Shown here: one piece after another, positions 30,050 through 39,795 of the stretch | How the letters are laid out: every line of letters starts with the position of its first letter | Numbering within the stretch: the stretch's first letter is position 1 | From: Longimicrobiales bacterium | Lineage (GTDB): Bacteria > Gemmatimonadota > Gemmatimonadetes > Longimicrobiales > Gaopeijiaceae | Assembly (NCBI GenBank): GCA_965238005.1 | Contig: OZ250165.1 | Span: forward strand, 448,001-512,000 | Length of the DNA: 64,000 nucleotides | Reading direction: 5' to 3' | Translations under genes and position numbers: made by a program | The notes under the pieces: model-generated | What the model was told of the DNA's origin: nothing | Database searches by the model: none | The model's input: the letters and a program-made list of their open reading frames with translations, nothing else

Positions 30050-31651
30050 GAGTCTGCGCCGCAGAAGCACAGCTGACTGAGCCGAATGGTCATCGAGCCG
30101 TCCGCGGCGAGGCGGATCCGGGTGATTGGGAGGTTGAGGACTTGTGTCTGCGACGGATCGGGAGAGCGGAATGGATGCGTTGGGGGGGGCAAGAGAGCTA
30201 CGAGAGCCCTCGCGCCGGCAGATGCGGGTGAACCCTCGTGCAGTCATGCCGCCTGAAGGGTGTGCAGCCGCTTCACATTGAGTGCCAGGCACACGAGGGT
30301 CCACTCGGCCCGGACCTTCTCGAGGCCCCGGAAGCTGAATCGTCGAAAGCCCATCACTTCCTTGATCCAGCCGATGGGCGCCTCGGCCTGCGACTTTCGC
30401 CGTGCGTAGCGTCTGCGGCCATCTTCGCTCGCCAGCTTCTCCGCCATGCGGACTTTCGCCGGATATTCCTCCTTGTCAACCGTGGGGGCGGCCTTGCCCT
30501 CCCGGGCCAGCGCCACATACCCGTCGATGTCTCGCTCTTCCAGTTCCTCGAGATCCCGCTCGTTGCAATAGCCCGTGTCCGCCAGCACCTGCGCCGGCGT
30601 CTCGCCGTACGCTTGCGCCACCGCGTCGACCATGGGCACCAGCTGGCCCTGGTCGCTCGCGTTGTCCGTCACCTCGGCCCCGACCACCAGCTGGTTCTCC
30701 CCCTCCACGACCGTCTGTGCGTTGTAGCACTGCTGGAACCCCTCCGAACTCGTCTTCATGATCCGGCTCTCAGGGTCCGTGAAGTTGCTCTGCGCCGCCT
30801 CGTCCGGCTCTCCGTACTCCCGCTTGTAGGGCCTGCCGCCCTTCGGGTTGCGCGTCTGCCCCGGCTTGCGGCCCCGTGCGTCGTCCGCCGCTCTCTGCTC
30901 GGCTTCCAGGCGCGCCTTCGCCTCCCGGATCGCCGCCAGCCGGTCCTCGCGCCGCTTGAGCTCCTCCGGCACCTCGTCTCCGCATGCTTCCTCGCCGTAG
31001 CGCTCGTCTTCCGCTTCGTCCACCGCCTCGGCCCTCTCCAACAGCCCCCGGATCTCCGCCTCCAGCCGAGGCTCCCCGGTCACCATCCGGCCGTAGCTCA
31101 TCGCCTTGCGCTTGTTCGCGTTCGCCCGAACCTTCGTCCCGTCCACCGACACCCTGCCAAGCCCCGCCAGCCCCAAGGCCCGCGCGAGCATCACCACCTC
31201 CACAAACACCGCCCGGAAATCCCCGAGATGGCGCTTGCGGAACTCGCACAGCGTCCGGTGCTTCGGGAAGTTCTCCGCCGCCAGCATCCGAAACGCGACA
31301 TCCTCCTCCAGCTTCCTCGCCATCTTCCGCGACGAGAAGGTGCCCGTCGCATACGCGTAGATCAGCACCTTGACCATCATCCGAGGGTCGTACGGCGAGT
31401 TGCGCCGCCCGTCCCCCCGGTACCGCCCGTAGAACGCGCTCAGCTCCACCGCGTCCACCAGGTCGCTCACATGGTGCGCCAAATGACCCTCCGACACCCA
31501 CTCCCGAAGATCCGGAGGCAGCAACAACATCTGCTCCGGATCGTACGGTCGAAATGTCGTTCCCATTCACCCCCCTCGGTGATCCGCAAGCCTTCCCAAT
31601 GCCTTCGCTACCACCAAAGATAGCCGCCGCAGGGTTCTGCGGCGCAGACTC
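30050..31651 (-). mobile_element. IS1182-family element, copy 1 (1602 bp)
   Basis: 17-bp terminal IRs GAGTCTGCGCCGCAGAA; flanked by CTAG at 30046-30049 and 31652-31655. Confidence 0.92.
30244..31566 (-). CDS. IS1182 transposase
   Basis: LLPPDLREW...PYDPRMMVKVLIYAY..G.FSSRK (DUF772-type); VDGTK, NFTDPESR, YNAQ and LADTGY. Confidence 0.92.
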   Translation of the reverse strand: MGTTFRPYDPEQMLLLPPDLREWVSEGHLAHHVSDLVDAVELSAFYGRYRGDGRRNSPYDPRMMVKVLIYAYATGTFSSRKMARKLEEDVAFRMLAAENFPKHRTLCEFRKRHLGDFRAVFVEVVMLARALGLAGLGRVSVDGTKVRANANKRKAMSYGRMVTGEPRLEAEIRGLLERAEAVDEAEDERYGEEACGDEVPEELKRREDRLAAIREAKARLEAEQRAADDARGRKPGQTRNPKGGRPYKREYGEPDEAAQSNFTDPESRIMKTSSEGFQQCYNAQTVVEGENQLVVGAEVTDNASDQGQLVPMVDAVAQAYGETPAQVLADTGYCNERDLEELEERDIDGYVALAREGKAAPTVDKEEYPAKVRMAEKLASEDGRRRYARRKSQAEAPIGWIKEVMGFRRFSFRGLEKVRAEWTLVCLALNVKRLHTLQAA

Positions 31652-32863
31652 CTAGCGGGCCGTGTGACCGCATGCCCCTCTTGAGCCCGAGCGCCCGGCC
31701 GCTCCTTCCGTCGGCTCGGTTCCCGCATCCAGGATCTCGAGCTGTGCCTCGTAGGTGTAGAGCCGGTCACGGGCTCGGCCTGTCACCTCCCGGGCGATGC
31801 CCAGGGACTCCAAGCGTTCGATGGCACTGTTCACCGTAGGCCAAGTGAGCCCTAGTGCCTCCGCAGCGTGGGGAATGGAGATCACTACGAACCGGCGCAA
31901 TAGGTCGTAGACCCGCAACGCAGAGCCTGCGGCGCGACCGAGCCGTGCCACATGCTCCTGGTCCTCCTCGAACAGCCTCCGGAGGCTCAGGGTGGTCTCG
32001 ATCGTCTGTCGCCCGACGGCCTCGACTCCGACCAGGTAGAAGTGGAGCCACCCCTCCCAGTCTCCCTGGCTGCGCACCCGTTGAAGCGCGTCGTAGTAGT
32101 CCGCGCGGTTCTCCCTCAGGTAGAGGCTGAAGTAAAAGAAAGGCTGCGAGAGAAGGCCGTCTGCCACGAGCATCAGACTCACGAGGAGGCGCCCCATTCT
32201 GCCGTTCCCGTCGAGGAATGGGTGGATGGTCTCGAACTGAGCGTGGGCTAGCCCCGCCTTGAGAACAGGGGCGGTAGGTCCGTACTCGTCGTGGAGGAAG
32301 CGTTCGAGGTTGTCGAGTGCCTGGACCATCTCATGGGGCGGCGGTGGGACGAACCGTGCGTTCCCGGGTCGAGTGCCCCCGATCCAGTTCTGAGTTCTTC
32401 GGAACTCCCCGGCGTCCTGTCGGGCCCCTCGCCCACCCTGCATGAGGACACCGTGCATCTCGCGGATCAGTCTCAGGCTGAGAGGCAACGTCCCCGACTG
32501 AATTCGTTCCAGTCCGTGATATAGGGCTGCTACGTAGCGGGAGACTTCACGAACATCATCCAGAGGCGTGCCGCGGGCCTCATCACTCTCGTACTCGAGC
32601 AGCTCCGATAGCGTCGACTGCGTCCCCTCGATCTGACTGGAGAGGACGGCCTCCTTGCGCGCGTACATGTAGAGCAGGCGGTCGGGCTCCATCGTAGCGG
32701 AGACGCCCTCGAGCTGGCCGACGGCATGGGCCGCCTCTTCATGGACGCGACGGAGCTCGGTCGTGAACTCGATGAAGGGATCCGGCGGCAATGGCGCCGG
32801 AATGAAAGCCGAGAATCCCTGGGGCCCGCTGGCCTGTTGGACGAACGTCCCTGCCCGCCCCAT
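31652..32863 (-). CDS. Fic family protein (N-terminal inhibitory motif, C-terminal HTH)
   Basis: HPFLDGNGRMGR Fic motif; EAVLSSQIEG motif; the stop codon lies in the CTAG IS target. Confidence 0.92.
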   Translation of the reverse strand: MGRAGTFVQQASGPQGFSAFIPAPLPPDPFIEFTTELRRVHEEAAHAVGQLEGVSATMEPDRLLYMYARKEAVLSSQIEGTQSTLSELLEYESDEARGTPLDDVREVSRYVAALYHGLERIQSGTLPLSLRLIREMHGVLMQGGRGARQDAGEFRRTQNWIGGTRPGNARFVPPPPHEMVQALDNLERFLHDEYGPTAPVLKAGLAHAQFETIHPFLDGNGRMGRLLVSLMLVADGLLSQPFFYFSLYLRENRADYYDALQRVRSQGDWEGWLHFYLVGVEAVGRQTIETTLSLRRLFEEDQEHVARLGRAAGSALRVYDLLRRFVVISIPHAAEALGLTWPTVNSAIERLESLGIAREVTGRARDRLYTYEAQLEILDAGTEPTEGAAGRSGSRGACGHTAR

Positions 32864-33069
32864 GCATGTCTCCGTTGTCCAGGACTCGTGGCGGAGGCCG
32901 GATCTTGACTTGCCTTCGCGGTAATCAAAAGATAGTGGCTGATTATTGAATAACGCAACTCCTCCTTTAGACTTTTGGGTTGACACACTCGGGGGAGTCT
33001 ATCAAAGATACGATCTGTAACTTTTGATACCATCGTCCCTGTCAAAAGATCAACGGCACCTTCCACCCC

Positions 33070-33980
33070 CTACCTCCTCACCCGATACACCCACCCGTCG
33101 CTGATCGAGTAGTAGATGTAGTCGCCCACCACGGTCACGCCCTGGATCGCCAGCCCCCCCGTGATCACGACCGGGAATGTGGCGGACACCGCGGCCAGAT
33201 CCCAGCGCCCGATGTAGTCGGCCGTCCACCAGTAGATGGCCTCGTCGGTGACGGTGAAGTCGATCATGTTCTCATCGTTGAAGATCGACGTGGCGGGTCC
33301 CCCCGGAACCGGAAACCTCCGGACCACGGGGTTCCCGTTGGTCGCGGTGTCCAGCCAGAAGAGGGTGGTGCCGCCGCTTCCGTTCGCAACGGCCTTCAAC
33401 TTGTGGGGCGAGAAGACGGCGGCGCCCGAGAGAAGCGTGGACCGCGCCCCGCCCCCCACGGGCATCGTCTTCAGGAACGAGCCGTCCCTGGCCCCGATCC
33501 AGTAGAGGTTGTTTTCGTCCCGGGCCAGGCCCCGCGTCCCGCCGAGGGTGAATACATCGACCTCTTCGGGCGTCACACCGGACATGGCGATGCGGTAGAG
33601 ACGGTCCGTGATGAACTCGTCGAAGTAGATGTACGGGGGCGCCGGCAGAGGCAGGTTCTGGATGATGAAGCCGCCAGCGGACACGGATTGGATGGACCCG
33701 CCCGAGAGCGGCCACCAATAGAAGCTCGCCTGGTCATGCCAGTAAGCCACGTTATCGTGAACCACCAGGCTCCGCACGTCGCCGACAGTTGGAATGTTGA
33801 GGGACCCGTAGTTGCCCGGTGCCAGAGGAGTCCGAATGAGCCGGCCGCCGGTGGCATCCTCGAGAGAGTAGATGTTCTCCAGCTCACCGTGCGACAGATC
33901 CCTCCCCACCAGAGTCCGGAGCCACTGCCCCACGTGCACGATCAGCTCGCCCGTGCCCGGCCCCGTGTCGGGTGGGGGTC
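33070..33980 (-). pseudogene. Beta-propeller repeat protein (DUF5050-like), 5'-truncated
   Basis: Repeated YW/LYW/IYW and 'PVGGG' blade motifs; the upstream part of the ORF is not protein-like. Confidence 0.55.
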
Positions 33981-34309
33981 CTCGGATGGAGGGGTATTTG
34001 GCCCCGATGGGTCCCCGTTCCCACACAAGGGCCCACTCACGCAGTCCGTCCCCGAACAACCGTACTGGACGAGCAGAGCTACGAGGCACCATCGGAGCCG
34101 CTTCGAGATGCTCGAGAGCGAAAACGCTCTGATGGGATGGGACAACATTGCAGGTTCTCCTCTCGGGTATTCCGAACAGCGAGCAAAAAGTAAGGGGTGT
34201 CACACCCTTCACCGGGCGCACCCGCCCAGGCGTGTGATGCTTACAAGTACACAGTAAAACCTTTGCGCTGGGTTTTGAAAGGGTGTCGGCCCTCCGACCC
34301 GGAGTCCAC

Positions 34310-34400
34310 TCAGCAGAGCCGCGCCCGCACGACGAACAGCGTCGATCCGGGCTTGTACTCCCACCTGAGCACCGCGTTGGTGCTGAGCTCCCGCACGTTC
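34310..34400 (-). pseudogene. DUF5916-like outer membrane protein C-terminal remnant
   Basis: RELSTNAVLRWEYKPGSTLFVV. Confidence 0.6.
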
Positions 34401-34468
34401 CGCGCACGACGAATCTCGATGCGGTTACCTTCCTGAAGCGCCCTCCCACGAGACACAGCGAGCTGATC

Positions 34469-34960
34469 GTGACCCAGTCGCTTCCCCGCAAGGCCTTCAC
34501 CGTAGAGGAGGCGAACGGGCTCATCGCCACCATAGAGGCCGTGATGAAGGAGATCATGCGCCTCCGAGATCTGGTAGAGAGCGACGACAGACAGCTTCAG
34601 ATCCTGGATGCGCTCTGGGGACCTGAGGTTCTGGCCTCCGAAAACCCCGATCACGCGGAGTTCGTGCGGCACCGAGCCGCGGTGGACGGGGGCGTGGAAC
34701 GGATCCAGGGCCTGGTCCGAGAGGAGATCGTGGCCCGAGGCATTCGTTTTCCCCCTGGAGGCCTCGAGCATGGACTGCTGGACTTCCCGACGACCTTGGA
34801 CGGGCGATGGGTCTACCTCTGCTGGAGGCGAGGGGAGTCGAGGGTGGATCAGTGGCACGAGATCACCGACGGCTTCGCGGGTCGTCAGCTCGTAACGCCG
34901 GACCATGAAGGGCGGATGGGCATCGAGCGGAACGACCCCCCGGACGCACCGCCTCACTAG
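34469..34960 (+). CDS. DUF2203 domain protein
   Basis: FTVEEAN.L...GLLDFP...DGR.VYLCW..GE..V..WH....GFAGRQ. Confidence 0.85.
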   Translation: MTQSLPRKAFTVEEANGLIATIEAVMKEIMRLRDLVESDDRQLQILDALWGPEVLASENPDHAEFVRHRAAVDGGVERIQGLVREEIVARGIRFPPGGLEHGLLDFPTTLDGRWVYLCWRRGESRVDQWHEITDGFAGRQLVTPDHEGRMGIERNDPPDAPPH

Positions 34961-35028
34961 GGAGGCTTTCGGCAGGGAGGCTCTCGGCGGGAGGCTTGCG
35001 ACGGGGAGGCCTCTCGACGGGAGGGCCG
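34960..35028 (+). repeat. Five degenerate 14-15 bp tandem repeats, each starting GGGAGG
   Basis: GGGAGGCTTTCGGCA / GGGAGGCTCTCGGC / GGGAGGCTTGCGACG / GGGAGGCCTCTCGAC / GGGAGGGCCG. Confidence 0.8.
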
Positions 35029-35084
35029 TGTACCTAATAAGATTGATTGTCGTTCTCAACGACACCCTCAGCCGCCAGAGACCC

Positions 35085-35696
35085 ATGAGCGACCATTCGA
35101 AGCCACCCGTGGAGTTCACCGATACCGCGAAGGACACCGTCCTCCGCTTCATGCAGATGCAGGGGGACGTTGACCTTGCGGTGCGCATCCAGGTCGCCAG
35201 CCCCAGCCCGCTCGATCCCCGCTACGAGATCACGATGATCGAGCCCGACGAAAAGTGTCCGGAGGACATGGTTTTCGACGGCTACGGGTTCGACGTGGTG
35301 ATGGAGCCCGAGAGCGCGAAGCTCCTCGACGGGGCTCGCATCGACTGGATCGAGACCCTGACCGAGAGCGGGTTCAAGGTGGAGAACCCGAACCTGGCCC
35401 CCATCGGCTCGAAGCCGTTGGAGGGACCTCTGGCCGACCGGGTTCGACAAGCCATCGACCAATTCGTGAACCCCGGAGTGGCCCAGCACGGCGGACACGT
35501 GACGCTGGTGGAAGTCAGGGACAAGATCGTCTACCTCCAGTTGGGTGGGGGTTGCCAGGGCTGCGGGATGGCGTCGGTGACTCTGAGCCAGGGGATCGAG
35601 CGGATCCTCCGGGACCAGGTGCCGGAGATCGAGGGCATCCAGGACGTAACCAACCACGGAGACGGCCAGAACCCCTACTTCAGCGCGTCCAAGTAA
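35085..35696 (+). CDS. nfuA: Fe-S cluster biogenesis protein NfuA
   Basis: Degenerate A-type domain (GFKVENPN) plus NifU domain VNPGVAQHGGHV...LGGGCQGCGMASVTLSQGIE. Confidence 0.88.
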   Translation: MSDHSKPPVEFTDTAKDTVLRFMQMQGDVDLAVRIQVASPSPLDPRYEITMIEPDEKCPEDMVFDGYGFDVVMEPESAKLLDGARIDWIETLTESGFKVENPNLAPIGSKPLEGPLADRVRQAIDQFVNPGVAQHGGHVTLVEVRDKIVYLQLGGGCQGCGMASVTLSQGIERILRDQVPEIEGIQDVTNHGDGQNPYFSASK

Positions 35697-35721
35697 CCGA
35701 CACCCCGACGGAGGGCCTGCC

Positions 35722-36822
35722 GTGTCGAGGGTCCTTCTCCTCCTTTCACGAACCTCGTATCGAGCCGAGGCTTTTGTCGCCGCGGCCCGCCGCATGGACG
35801 TCGACGTCACGGTCGGCTTGAATCACCGGCAGGCCTTCGCCGACCTGGCACCCGGCGGTGCCCTCACCCTCGGCGTCGGGGACGTCCACCGATCGGTGGC
35901 TACCATCGTGCGGTTCGCCTCGGACTATCCGCTGGGGGCCATCGTGGCGGCGGAAGACGACTTCGCACCGGTGGCGGCGGGGGCATCCGAGACACTGGGG
36001 CTGACGCACCATCCTTCCGAGGCGGTCCGGTCCGCTCGTAACAAGGCGGTCATGCGGGAGCGACTCGCGGCGGCCGGATTCCCGTCACCCTGGTTCCAAG
36101 TCGCCTCCGTAGAAGACGATGTGGAAGCGGCCGCGGCGAGGGCTAGCTACCCCTGCGTTCTCAAGCCGCTTGCGTTGTCTGCCAGCCGCGGGGTGATCCG
36201 CGCCGACACGCCCGAGGAGTTCGGCCGCGCTTGGAGCCGGATTCGGGGGATCCTCGAGGAGCCCGACGCGGTCACGCGAAGCTGGCGTACGGCCGGGGAG
36301 ATCCTGATCGAAGCGTACATGCCGGGGCGCGAAGTGGCCGTGGAGGCGATCGTGGTGGGGGGCGAGCTCCACACCCTGGCCGTCCTGGACAAGCCAGACC
36401 CCATGGAGGGGCCGTTCTTCGAGGAGACCATCCTGGTGACGCCTTCGCGCCTCCCCGACAGCGTTCAGCGCAAGATCGTCTCGTGCGTGCAGCGGTCCGT
36501 AGCCATCCTCGGCCTCGTTGACGGCCCCGTCCACGCCGAGCTCCGCGTGGACGGCGAGCGTGCCTCACTCCTGGAGATCGCGCCGCGCTCCATCGGTGGC
36601 CGTTGCTCCACGATCCTCCGGTTCGAGCCGGAGGCGACCCTCGAGGTTCCGGGCATCGAAGGGATCGAGATCACGATTCCGGTGGGCCAGAAGGTCGTGC
36701 CCCTCCCCGAGGGCAATCGCTACCTGGGATTTCTCTTCGCCGGAGGGGAGACGCCCGAGCAGGTGGAGACCGCGCTCAGGGTCGCGCAGGCGAGGCTCGA
36801 GGTGGAGATCGAGCCTGCATAG
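35722..36822 (+). CDS. ATP-grasp domain protein, possibly with an internal deletion
   Basis: RNKAVMRE, YPCVLKPL.LSASRGVIRA, LIEAYMPG.EVAVE, GPVHAELR and EIAPRSIGG. Confidence 0.8.
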   Translation: MSRVLLLLSRTSYRAEAFVAAARRMDVDVTVGLNHRQAFADLAPGGALTLGVGDVHRSVATIVRFASDYPLGAIVAAEDDFAPVAAGASETLGLTHHPSEAVRSARNKAVMRERLAAAGFPSPWFQVASVEDDVEAAAARASYPCVLKPLALSASRGVIRADTPEEFGRAWSRIRGILEEPDAVTRSWRTAGEILIEAYMPGREVAVEAIVVGGELHTLAVLDKPDPMEGPFFEETILVTPSRLPDSVQRKIVSCVQRSVAILGLVDGPVHAELRVDGERASLLEIAPRSIGGRCSTILRFEPEATLEVPGIEGIEITIPVGQKVVPLPEGNRYLGFLFAGGETPEQVETALRVAQARLEVEIEPA

Positions 36823-36939
36823 GTCTCCCCCTGTTCGATCAGTCGCTGCCCGACGACTTCTAGTGACCGACCTCGTGGGCTGAAGAGCCGGTGCCCCGCC
36901 CACCCTTGTATGCAACCCCGCAAGAGGCAGTATTCCCGT

Positions 36940-38395
36940 ATGGAATCGCTGCTCACCGACGTGCGCTACGGGCTGCGTATGCTCATCAAGACGCCGGGCC
37001 TTTCGGCCGTTGCCGTGCTCACCATCGCGCTCGGAGTGGGCCTCACCACGCACACGTTCAGCATCGTGTACGGGTCGGTCATCCGTGGCCCCGACTTCGA
37101 TCGGGGAACCACCCTCGTCATCCTCAGCCAGGACATTCCCTCGAGCGGAATCCGCGGCCGAGGCGTACCCCTCCTCGATCTCATCGGCTTGCGCGAGCAA
37201 CAGACTGCGTTCCGGGGCCTGGCCGCGCTTACCATGGGAACGATCAACCTGGCCGACGACGACTCCCCGCCCGAGCGATTCGAGGGCGCCTTCGTATCGG
37301 CGAGCGTGTTCGCCCAGGTCGACGGAGTGCCGATCCTGGGCCGGGTCTTCAATCCCGAGGAGGACGCCGGCACCGGCGAGCAGGTCGTGATCCTCGGGCA
37401 CAGCGTTTGGCAGGGCCGGTACGGCGGCGACCCGAACATCCTTCAACGCCACCATTGTCGACATCCAGAAGCCATACTGGATCGACATCCGCCTGGACGG
37501 CGCAGCGGTTCTCTTCACGATCGGGATCACTGTCGTAGCCAGCCTGGTGGCCGGAACGCTTCCGGCCGTCAGGGCGTCGGGCGGGGCTGGTCCACGACAT
37601 CCTCAAGGACGAGAGCAGGGGCTCGTCCAGCTTCCGTATGGGGCGCTTCAGCACAGTCCTCGTCATCGGCGAGATCGCGCTGTCGTGCGCGTTGCTCGTG
37701 GCGGCTGGCATGATGATCAAGAGCGTGATCAACGTGAACACGGTCGACATGGGGTTCGAGGGCGAGCGCGTGTTCACGGCGCGGCTGGGGTTGTTCGAGT
37801 CCGACTATCCGGATGACGAAGCCCGGGCCCGCTTCTACGATCGCCTGGTCGAGGACCTGAGCTCGGATCCCGGGGTCGAGGTGGCAGGGCTCACCACCAA
37901 CCTGCCGGCGCTGGGCGCCGCGCGCGTCCCCGTCGCGCTGGAGGGCGTCGCATACACGGACGTCACCGATCAGACTTTGTCCAGCCGAATCAACATCACG
38001 CCGGGTTACTTCGATGCCCTGAGCGTGGCCGTCATGGAGGGTCGAGACTTCGGGCCGGAGGACCGGGCGGGAGCCATGCCCACCGTCATCGTCAACGAGA
38101 GCTTCGCTCGCAGGCACTTCGGTACGGAGACGCCCGTCGGACGCCATTTCCGGACCGGCGATGAGCAGCCTTGGATGACGATTGTCGGGCTCGTCCCCGA
38201 CATCTTCGTCGGGACCGGGGATCCTGGGGCGGGCGGCGATGGGGTGCCTCCCGACCAGTTCTTCGTGCCCATCGCGCAGCAACAGAACCTCCGTTTCGCG
38301 AGCATCACCGTGAAGACGCTTGGCGATCCGGGCGCCTTCGCTGCGGACGCCCGTGAGGTGGTCGCGAGGATCGACCCGGACCTCCCCCTTTACTG
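36940..38395 (+). pseudogene. ADOP/MacB-FtsX ABC transporter permease, internally deleted, frameshifted and truncated
   Basis: DVRYGLRMLIKTPGLSAVAVLTIALGVG; frame jumps near 37440 and 37590; LVIGEIALSCALLVAAG; ends at an IS3 remnant. Confidence 0.85.
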
Positions 38396-38852
38396 GGTCG
38401 TGCGTGGCTGCCCGAGTACCCGGCACCCTCTCCTCTCCGACGCCCCGAGCTGCTGACGTACACGCACCACACAACGTCGTCGGCGCTCGGGGCTCAGAAG
38501 TTTCCCTTGGCCGCTTCCTCCAGGATCAGCTTGTCCAGTGTCAAGTCCGCCACTGCTCGCTTCAGGCGCCCGTTCTCGCGCTCAAGCTCCTTCAGGCGCC
38601 GTGCCCCTGGCTCACCTTCATCCCGCCGTACTCCCGCCTCCACCGGTAGTACGTCTGCTCGGTGATGCCGAGCTCCCGGCTGATCAGCTTCACGGATTTG
38701 CCGCGGGCCAGACCGACCTCTGCCTCCCGCAGTGCAGTGATGCTCTGCTCCGGAGTGTGTCGCTTCCTTCCCATCCTCACCTCCTCGCTGAAAAGCTTCA
38801 GACCAGGTCGATCCTAACATTGCACCTGGTCTCGTTTCAGGGGGTCAGGTCA
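38393..38852 (-). mobile_element. Truncated IS3-family element, copy 1 (IRL plus frameshifted orfA plus start of orfB)
   Basis: IRL TGACCTGACCCCCTGAAACGAGACCA; orfA RKRHTPEQ...TYYRWRREYGG / RRLKELERENGRLKRAVADLTLDK. Confidence 0.85.
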
Positions 38853-39004
38853 GGGCTTACGGGTTGGTCCTCGGGTCCCGCCCGGAAGACTCATCGTCGA
38901 CTGGACCCAGCGGGGGGTGGCCCTCGCGACCACCCCGTAACCCGGCACTCTCTCGGGGCCATGATAGGGTGATCGATCCGTGAGTGGCGAGCAATCCGCC
39001 CCGG

Positions 39005-39672
39005 TCAGGAATCTTGACCGGCTCGCTCCAGGCCCGCCTTCACGTAGATCCCGTCCGCACATACGTAGACGACCTCACGGTCCGCCAAGGACCTCTTCGC
39101 CCACATCTCGAACTCACTCGACCACACGGCCCTGAGCCTGCGGATCGAAGCCTTCGACAGCGGCGCCCCCTCACCGAGTAGGCCCCTGAGCGCCAGCTCG
39201 AAATCCCCCTCGGCCAACCCGTGTAGGTACAGCTCCGGTATCAACTCCCCTACCTCCTTCGTCCGTCTCGCGAACAGCGGCAACACCCGACTCTCGAAGC
39301 GTTCCTCCAGACCCCGTACCCGGGGGCGTCGCACCGTGATCGTGCCCGAACTCATCGACAGCCGCCGCGCCTTGCCGTACTCGTTGCGGTAGCCCTCGGC
39401 CGAGTCCACCGTACTCCTGCGCTCTGACTTCTCCCGGCCTAACAACTCCGTGACTTCCTCCTCCATGATCTGTTGGATGAACTCCTGGGCCTTCTCACGA
39501 ACCACTCCCTCCAGGCCCTCCCACATCGGCATGGTGGACTCGGTCTCGGGTCCCGCGATATCCTTCCTCACGAGGCGACGTTCCTTTCCCCCGGGTGGCA
39601 ACCCGGGACTCGCTGGTTAATGGTCAGCGGAAAGGTACGTCGCCTCTCTTTTACACACCCTTTGATCCTAGC
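39005..39672 (-). mobile_element. IS256-family partial element (5' half)
   Basis: EEEVTELLGR...GYRN...RRPRVR...LYLHGLAEGDF...ADGIYVK; terminal GCTAGGATCAAAGGGTGTGTAAA is shared with the 51256 element. Confidence 0.85.
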
Positions 39673-39795
39673 TCACGCGACCTTCTAGGCTTCGGTCTGC
39701 GTGTCGTGCACGCTGGGAAACACGGTCAGTGTTGTTGCGCCAATTCCCGCCCTTGCCGTGGCACATGGTGCGTGTCTGCCCTTGCCCGATTTCCT

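Noticed and set aside
30238..31623. 461-aa and 266-aa alternative ORFs in IS1182 (and in copy 2)
   Set aside because: Shadow ORFs of a GC-rich transposase with no recognisable motifs.
29641..32863. RES plus Fic as a joint toxin system
   Set aside because: The genes are convergent, RES is truncated and Fic carries its own inhibitory motif; adjacency is probably incidental.
34960..35028. CRISPR array
   Set aside because: Units are only 14-15 bp with no spacers and no cas genes; no CRISPR array was seen anywhere in the window.
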